The notes under the pieces: generated by a model
What the model saw: the letters and a program-made list of their open reading frames with translations, nothing else
Told to the model about the DNA's origin: nothing
The model's database searches: none
Made by a program: the position numbers and the translations under genes
Shown: positions 56,947 to 64,000 of the stretch, one piece after another
Layout of the letters: every line of letters starts with the position of its first letter
How positions within the stretch are numbered: position 1 is the first letter of the stretch
Assembly (NCBI GenBank): GCA_963693365.1
Contig: CAVNZM010000013.1
Span: forward strand, 6,004,640-6,068,639
Length of the DNA stretch: 64,000 bases
Source: Amoebidium appalachense
Lineage: Eukaryota > Protista > Ichthyosporea
Reading direction: 5' to 3'

Positions 56947-57459
56947 CACGAATGCATGGGCCAAACACATATGTGGGTGTGGTTGTGGGCTACTGGGGAT
57001 GATAGGAGACATATATGGGTTCTGTGGTAAAGTCAGAGATGGGTGTGGTTTTGCAATGTGATTGGTCCGTACCATGGCAGCATTGATGCTGCCTAAGTAG
57101 TGGCATGTTGCCTTTGATGGTGACAGTTGGCGTTAATGCGTGATACTGCATCGGGAAAATGCCTTGTGCTGCCAACCCAACCCAATCACCACCCGTAAGT
57201 ATGCATTCATATACCCGCGGCCATTAGATTTATAGTTAGATAGTCTTATTCATACGAAACCTAATAAAGAGACACTGTCCTGTTTGTGGTTTTGGTTGGG
57301 CATGTGCAGCTGCACAGTGCCTGCACACGGGTGCGCGCAGGTGGCAACCGGGTGGCCAAGGGGGTTAGGGGCATGGAGCAGCATGCACACAGGGGTTACA
57401 TACATGGGCTCTGCATGTTTTTTGGGGGGAATGCATTGTGACGTGCTGGCCAAGGGGCT

Positions 57460-58175
57460 TGCTTATTGGGCGGTGCATAGGCCATGCAGGTTGCGTATTG
57501 GGTGGTGCATAGGCCATGCAGGTTGCTTATTGGGTGGTGGCCATGCACGTTGCTTATTGGGTGGTGGCCATGCAGGTTGCTTATTGGGTGGTGGCCATGC
57601 AGGTTGCTTATTGGGCGGTGGCCATGCAGGTTGCTTATTGCGTGGTGGCCATGCAGGTTGCTTATTGGGCGGCGCATAGGCCATGCAGGGTGCTTATTGG
57701 GCGGTGCATAGGCCATGCAGGGTGCTTATTGGGTGGTGGCCATGCAGGTTGCTTATTGGGCGGCGCATAGGCCATGCAGGGTGCTTATTGGGCGGTGCAT
57801 AGGCCATGCAGGGTGCTTATTGGGTGGTGGCCATGCAGGTTGCTTATTGGGCGGTGCATAGGCCATGCAGGGTGCTTATTGGGCGGTGCATAGGCCATGC
57901 AGGGTGCTTATTGGGCGGTGCATAGGCCATGCGGGGTGCTTATTGGGTGGTGGCCATGCAGGTTGCTTATTGGGCGGTGCATAGGCCATGCAGGGTGCTT
58001 ATTGGGCGGTGCATAGGCCATGCAGGGTGCTTATTGGGTAGTGGCCATGCAGGGTGCTTATTGGGCGGTGCATAGGCCATGCAGGGTGCTTATTAGGCGG
58101 TGCATAGGCCATGCAGGGTGCTTATTGGGCGGTGCATAGGCCATGCAGGGTGCTTATTGGGCGGTGCATAGGCCA
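57460..58175. repeat. Minisatellite of interspersed 32-bp and 27-bp variants
   Basis: Units GCCATGCAGGGTGCTTATTGGGCGGTGCATAG and GCCATGCAGGTTGCTTATTGGGTGGTG. Confidence 0.92.
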
Positions 58176-58733
58176 TGGGGCCTACTGTAGATGGCTTGCC
58201 ACATGCCCGAACTCAAGTGTTGTCATTCAGGTCGACCGGTACGACGGCCAGTTTCGAACAAACCGGAGTGCTGCTGTGCACCACACGGGCTATACTATTT
58301 TTGAATTTGACCACATCGGCCTCCAGGCTTGGGGGTCTGGCCAAGTGCATGCATGCATATGGCCCTCATATCTATGCGCCTATATGGCTACAGTCTGGGC
58401 CGGCAGACATGCCTATTTGCATGTGTATAACGTGGGGTGTGTGAGGCCAAAGCGGCGTTATGTTAACAACTCCACAAATGTGTCACTGGCGAGAGTGCAC
58501 CACATGGGAGGAAATGCATGGAATAGCACATTCCCGGTAACCAGTTTCGTCGATCACGGCTAGGATACACATTTGACAGCATGCAAGTACCAAGGCCATG
58601 GGCTATATTGCACCTTTCGGCTCCCACAAGCAGGCAGGGCTATAGAGCTAGGGGGGTCCTATGTGTTACTCAAGGAGTGCACTGCACATATCATGCAGCC
58701 GTTCATACATACATACATACATACATGCACACA

Positions 58734-61700
58734 TCACGTCGTGCAGGGATAGGCCGGGCAGTGCACGTGGCAGCACAGCCAGTGCTGCAGGGGGATGGAG
58801 ACCAATGACGACAGCAGAATCCCCACCCCGTCACCAACACTGGTCACCGTCAGAGCAAACTGCAACACATCTCAGTTGACAGCCTCCTCCCCCCCCCCCC
58901 CCCCCCCCCCCTCCCACAGCCGCCCCCCTCCCCCCGCGCTCTCCCCCCCCCCCCCCCCCTCCCCCCTCCGCCGAAGGCCCGGACACGCTCAAACAGCTGC
59001 ATACTCTCCCTCTCTCGCACACACACAAGTGCACAGCAACACACGTGACAATCAAATGCACATTCACACACACATGTGTGTGTGTGCCAGCTCACTCACT
59101 CACTACACACACGCACAACACCGACAATCACAATCTATCATGATTTGGCCGAAATCTCCGGTTTCTTGAACCCAGCCACCAGAGCTTGTATGTAATCCAA
59201 TCACACTATTCGTTTCATAGGGGGCCACACAAGTGTGCGCGATTCTACACCAACTTCTAGGCACAACAAAAGTATACCATCACTTCGCTACCTGCACTCT
59301 CAGAATTTTCTTAAACGGCAAGAGGCACCAATCAGTCTGCACGGTTCATTTGCACGTCCATGTCCTTCTAATCCCAATCCAATTACCAAAAAAGGGTTCA
59401 GGGTCAATTTTGCAACCCGTGGAATTTCAAGAGTTGAAATCTTCTGCACAAGGAATACTAGTGTTTTAGCCAGCACGATCTGCACATACCTCTCTGGTGG
59501 TGTCGGTGAATGCATGGGTGATGGCGTAGAATGCATTGACATAGACCCCCCCTCCAAGCAGCCCCACCCAGAAGATCACCCCACAGGCCACCCACACATT
59601 CGGCAGCCACTGCAAAAGAAAAAACCGTCAGCTCTCCTCCTCCTCCCCTCCCCTCCCCCCTACGCACACACGCACACACACAAGGACACACACACACATA
59701 CACGCACACACACACAGTACCACTGCCCTGCTCCTACGCCCCAAACCAGGTAGTTCTCCCTCCTCCCCCTCTCCCCCCATCCCTCGCCACCGCCACCATC
59801 AAACTATGGTTGGTCGCGAACTGTTACATGGGTGCTATGCCCCCCTCCCCCCCCCCCCCCCCCCCCCCTGCATCTACAGGCACCTGGTAGCATCCATCCC
59901 CCTGCCTCCCCCGTCTCGCCCCCCCCCCCCCCCCCCCCCCCCCCCTCCTTCCCCCCACCCGCCGCCGCCTCCGCATTCACAGGCGCCTTGGTAGCATGCA
60001 CCCACCCACACCCACACGCCCGCACCTGCTAGCATGCCTACCCCACACACACGCACACACCTGGTAGTAAGCAGCAGGCAGCAGCAGCAGCAGGTTTAGT
60101 GCCTGCAGTGCCGCCAGCCACCAGACCTGCCTGATATGTAGCAGCTGCACAGAGGACCTGCTGATGAACACCCCCACCTGGTAGACCGTGGCATACACGC
60201 TGTAGTGGTCAATACCACCAAACCCAAGGGCTGGCGTGATTCCTGAGTTGATCGTGTACCTGCATGCACTGTCAGCAAAGGCCTCATGTGATGATTCTGA
60301 TTGCCTACCACCCCACAGCACGCAGCACAGACGCATACATGCACACACATACGTACACAGAGCGAGACAGAGAGACAGAGAGAGAGATGCACGCACACAT
60401 GCACACAGGCACAACAAGCTGGATTTCAACCTCATGATCACCCCAACAGCCTGCATAGGTCAACCATATCGCACCACAGGTCTCCACGGGGGGTACCCCC
60501 CCCTAATTATTTAATTCAAATAATTAGGGGGTATACCCCCCAAAAAAAGTGTCATAAAATTCATCATGGAACACTTATAAATTGGTGCAAAGAGAGGGAG
60601 GGGGCGAGAAGAGATAACTCCACTGCCGGTCCTGGAAGTATGATGACAAGAGCATAAGACTTTTCTCTTAGCGAGAAGGCTCTTCTGAGACTCTCACAAC
60701 GAGTTTGTAATCCCCAAATTACAAAAGCATAAGAGAGTTCCAGCATCACCCATTCTCCTAACCATGCTTCTTACCGCACCCCACATCAACATCACCCATA
60801 TTACCAACCCCAACGGCCCTACACTACCCATACCAAAAACCCCAACAATACCACCCAACATCCTCAACGGCCCTACACTACCCATACCAAAAACCCCAAC
60901 AATACCACCCAACATCCTCAACGGCCCTACACTACCCATACCAAAAACCCCAACAATACCACCCAACATCCTCAACGGCCCTACACTACCCATACCAAAA
61001 ACCCCAACAATACCACCCAACATCCTCAACGGCCCTACACTACCCATACCAAAAACCCCAACAATACCACCCAACATCCTCAACGGCCCTACACTACCCA
61101 TACCAAAAACCCCAACAATACCACCCAACATCCTCAACGGCCCTACACTACCCATACCAAAAACCCCAACAATACCACCCAACATCCTCAACGGCCCTAC
61201 ACTACCCATACCAAAAACCCCAACAATACCACCCAACATCCTCAACGGCCCTACACTACCCATACCAAAAACCCCAACAATACCACCCAACATCCTCAAC
61301 GGCCCTACACTACCCATACCAAAAACCCCAACAATACCACCCAACATCCTCAACGGCCCTACACTACCCATACCAAAAACCCCAACAATACCACCCAACA
61401 TCCTCAACGGCCCTACACTACCCATACCAAAAACCCCAACAATACCACCCAACATCCTCAACGGCCCTACACTACCCATACCAAAAACCCCAACAATACC
61501 ACCCAACATCCTCAACGGCCCTACACTACCCATACCAAAAACCCCAACAATACCACCCAACATCCTCAACGGCCCTACACTACCCATACCAAAAACCCCA
61601 ACAATACCACCCAACATCCTCAACGGCCCTACACTACCCATACCAAAAACCCCAACAATACCACCCAACATCCTCAACGGCCCTACACTACCCATACCAA

Positions 61701-62852
61701 AAACCCCAACAATACCACCCAACATCCTCAACGGCCCTACACTACCCATACCAAAAACCCCAACAATACCACCCAACATCCTCAACGGCCCTACACTACC
61801 CATACCAAAAACCCCAACAATACCACCCAACATCCTCAACGGCCCTACACTACCCATACCAAAAACCCCAACAATACCACCCAACATCCTCAACGGCCCT
61901 ACACTACCCATACCAAAAACCCCAACAATACCACCCAACATCCTCAACGGCCCTACACTACCCATACCAAAAACCCCAACAATACCACCCAACATCCTCA
62001 ACGGCCCTACACTACCCATACCAAAAACCCCAACACTACCACCCAACATCCTCAACGGCCCTACACTACCCATACCAAAAACCCCAACAATACCACCCAA
62101 CATCCTCAACGGCCCCCAAGTTTCACTCACTCGCTGAAGTAAACCACCACCAGGGACACGATGAAGATGGCCAGTGGCTGCAGGGTGGCCATCTTCTGCC
62201 CCAGCGTCAAAGACCCTGTCGGGCTGTGGTAGGCCCCCTGCTCCCCCCACCCGTCAGTACCCTATCCACACATACATGTATACCCCCGCCACCCCCCCCC
62301 CCCCCCCCCCCCCCCCCTGCGTGGATGCACGACCACATATTCTTCTACCAGCACCACCACCCCGTCCCCCCCCCCTCTGAGCGCAACGCATGCATGGTCA
62401 CCTATCTCTGCCAGCCCCTCCGCCCCCCGCCCCCCCCCCCTGCATGTGCATGACCACATATCCTCTAGCCCCTCTTCTGCCCGTTCATGCAGGGCACTAT
62501 TCTCACCTCTGCCTGCATGGCTGTGTGCTTGTGCAGTGCCATTGTGCTCCTTGTGGGCCCAGTCAGTAGCAGCCAGTATCCCGCCAGCATCAGTGTCGGC
62601 AGGAAGGCCATGGCCCTGCAGGCCTGTGCAGACCCCATCCCAAACCCCCACGGCGCTGCACCCCCAGAGCCTCAGCACACACAGACCCCCCCCCCCCCAC
62701 TCTTGAAATGTGCCCCCACCTGTCAGCAGCAGATAGAAGGATGCACCCCCCACCCCAGCTCCCCCCGTGCCGCTCGACCACCCTGCAGCCACAATCCCGT
62801 CAGTCAAAGTTTTGCCCCCCCCCCCCCCCCCCCCCCCCCAAACACACACGCA

Positions 62853-62906
<54 letters not shown>

Positions 62907-63860
62907 CATCAGTTTGTTACCAGCCACTGTGCTGGGGTGGTAGTAGCTGGTCAGGGCCAGGAAGGTGGGCTCCCCAACGCCACTAGAGGCCGAGGCACAG
63001 GCCACCCCCAGCAGGGCCATGGGCAGACTGGCCTCCCCCCACACCCCCACAAGCACAAAGCTGCACACCTGCACACCGCAAATGTCAGTAAGTTAAACCC
63101 CGGGGACGTGCAAAAGAAGCCCTCACAGGGGTAGAGGGAAGCTGGATGTGCTGGTGTGCTTGCCATGTGTGTGGTTGTGTGTTTGTGTCACTTGTTATGT
63201 GTGTGCTTGTGTGCTTTCTTGTGCTTATGCCTGTGTTGGTGTGCTTGCCATGTGTGTGGTGGTGTATTTGTGTACTCGTTATGTGTGTGCTTGTGTGCTT
63301 GTGAGTTTGCCATGTGTGTGCTTAGTCATGTGTTTGTGTGCTTGCCATGTGTGTGCTTATGCCTGTGCTTGTGAATTCTTCATGTGTGTGCTTATGCCTG
63401 TGCTTGTGTGCTTTCCGTGTGTGTATTTATCCTGTATTTGTGTGCTTGCCGTGTGTGTGCTTATGCCTGTGCTTGTGTGCTTGCCAGGTGTGTGCTTATC
63501 CTGTGTTTGTGAGCTCGCCGTGTGTGTGCTTATCCTGTGTTTGTGTGCTTGCCATGTGTGCTTATGTCTGTACTTGTGTGCTTGCCATGTGTGTGCTTGT
63601 GCCTGTGCTTGTTAGCTTGCCATGTGTGTGCTTGTGCCTGTGTTTGTGCACTTGCCTGTGAGCTTGTCTCTGTGTTTGTGTGCGGTTTGTGCTGTGTGTC
63701 CTGCACTGGCCGGGGGGGGGGGGGGGGGGGGGGGGGGAAGTAGGGGGGGGGTGGGGGGGGGGGGCTACCTGTATCACCACCACTAGCACTACCCTCACCC
63801 AGTAGGGGACCAGGTGCATCACCCAGGGCTGCAGCAGCTTTATGATCAGAGACGGCCTGT
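58734..63860 (-). CDS. CLN3: Battenin CLN3/BTN1 (5' end lies beyond the window)
   Basis: PSLIIKLLQPWVMHLVPYWVRV, LGVACASASSGVGEPTFLALTSYY, GWSSGTGGAGVGGA, SLVVVYFSE|YTINSG, YQVGVFISRSS, GLLGGGVYVNAF and FALTVTSVGDGVGILLSSLVSIPLQHWLC. Confidence 0.92.
60811..62115. repeat. Near-perfect 54-bp VNTR (about 24 copies) in a CLN3 intron
   Basis: Unit CAACGGCCCTACACTACCCATACCAAAAACCCCAACAATACCACCCAACATCCT. Only one variant base was noticed (~62036). Confidence 0.95.
63145..63690. repeat. Degenerate (GT)-derived intronic satellite
   Basis: Repeats of TGTGTGCTTGCCATGTGTGTGCTTAT inside a CLN3 intron. Confidence 0.8.
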
Positions 63861-64000
63861 TTTCACGTCAGCAAACGGCGGAGAGGAGGGAGACAGGCAG
63901 AGCCAAGCACAAGTACGGAAATAGTGCGTGTGGGTGTAGTGCAGGGAGGGGGAGGGGGGGGGGAGGGGAGGGGGAGAAGGGGGGGGGGGGGGGGGGGGGG

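Noticed and set aside
60694-62250. 518-aa and 457-aa repeat ORFs
   Set aside because: They are produced by the 54-bp VNTR inside a CLN3 intron whose flanking exons join in frame (VYFSE|YTINSG).

Overview
Eukaryotic, intron-rich genomic DNA. Its introns and intergenic DNA are full of (GT)n/(CA)n, (GA)n and poly-G/poly-C tracts, so most long ORFs in the supplied track are low-complexity artefacts. Manual splicing supports about 14 host genes: a fungal-type hypothetical protein, an Mpr1/Spt10-like GNAT acetyltransferase, a TPR-SET (SMYD-like) methyltransferase, a METTL21-family methyltransferase, a syntenin-like tandem-PDZ protein, a CaMK-type kinase with a C-terminal EF-hand region, TRMO, TMEM11, DCTN6, MED25, a bacterial-type SRPBCC protein, Groucho/TLE and a partial CLN3/battenin. 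This mix of animal-type and fungal-type genes suggests a unicellular holozoan such as an ichthyosporean (inference only). Mobile DNA is well defined. There is a P-superfamily (THAP) transposon at 8773-12564 with 29-bp TIRs, a 7-bp TSD, spliceosomal introns and a deleted catalytic core. A 34-bp CACGGCC-terminated palindrome at 14889-14922 looks like a 17+17 nt P-type excision footprint. A non-coding LTR element at 38222-39548 has 144-bp LTRs and a 4-bp TSD. Several minisatellites are also present. Exon boundaries were inferred by eye and coordinates may be off by a few bases.
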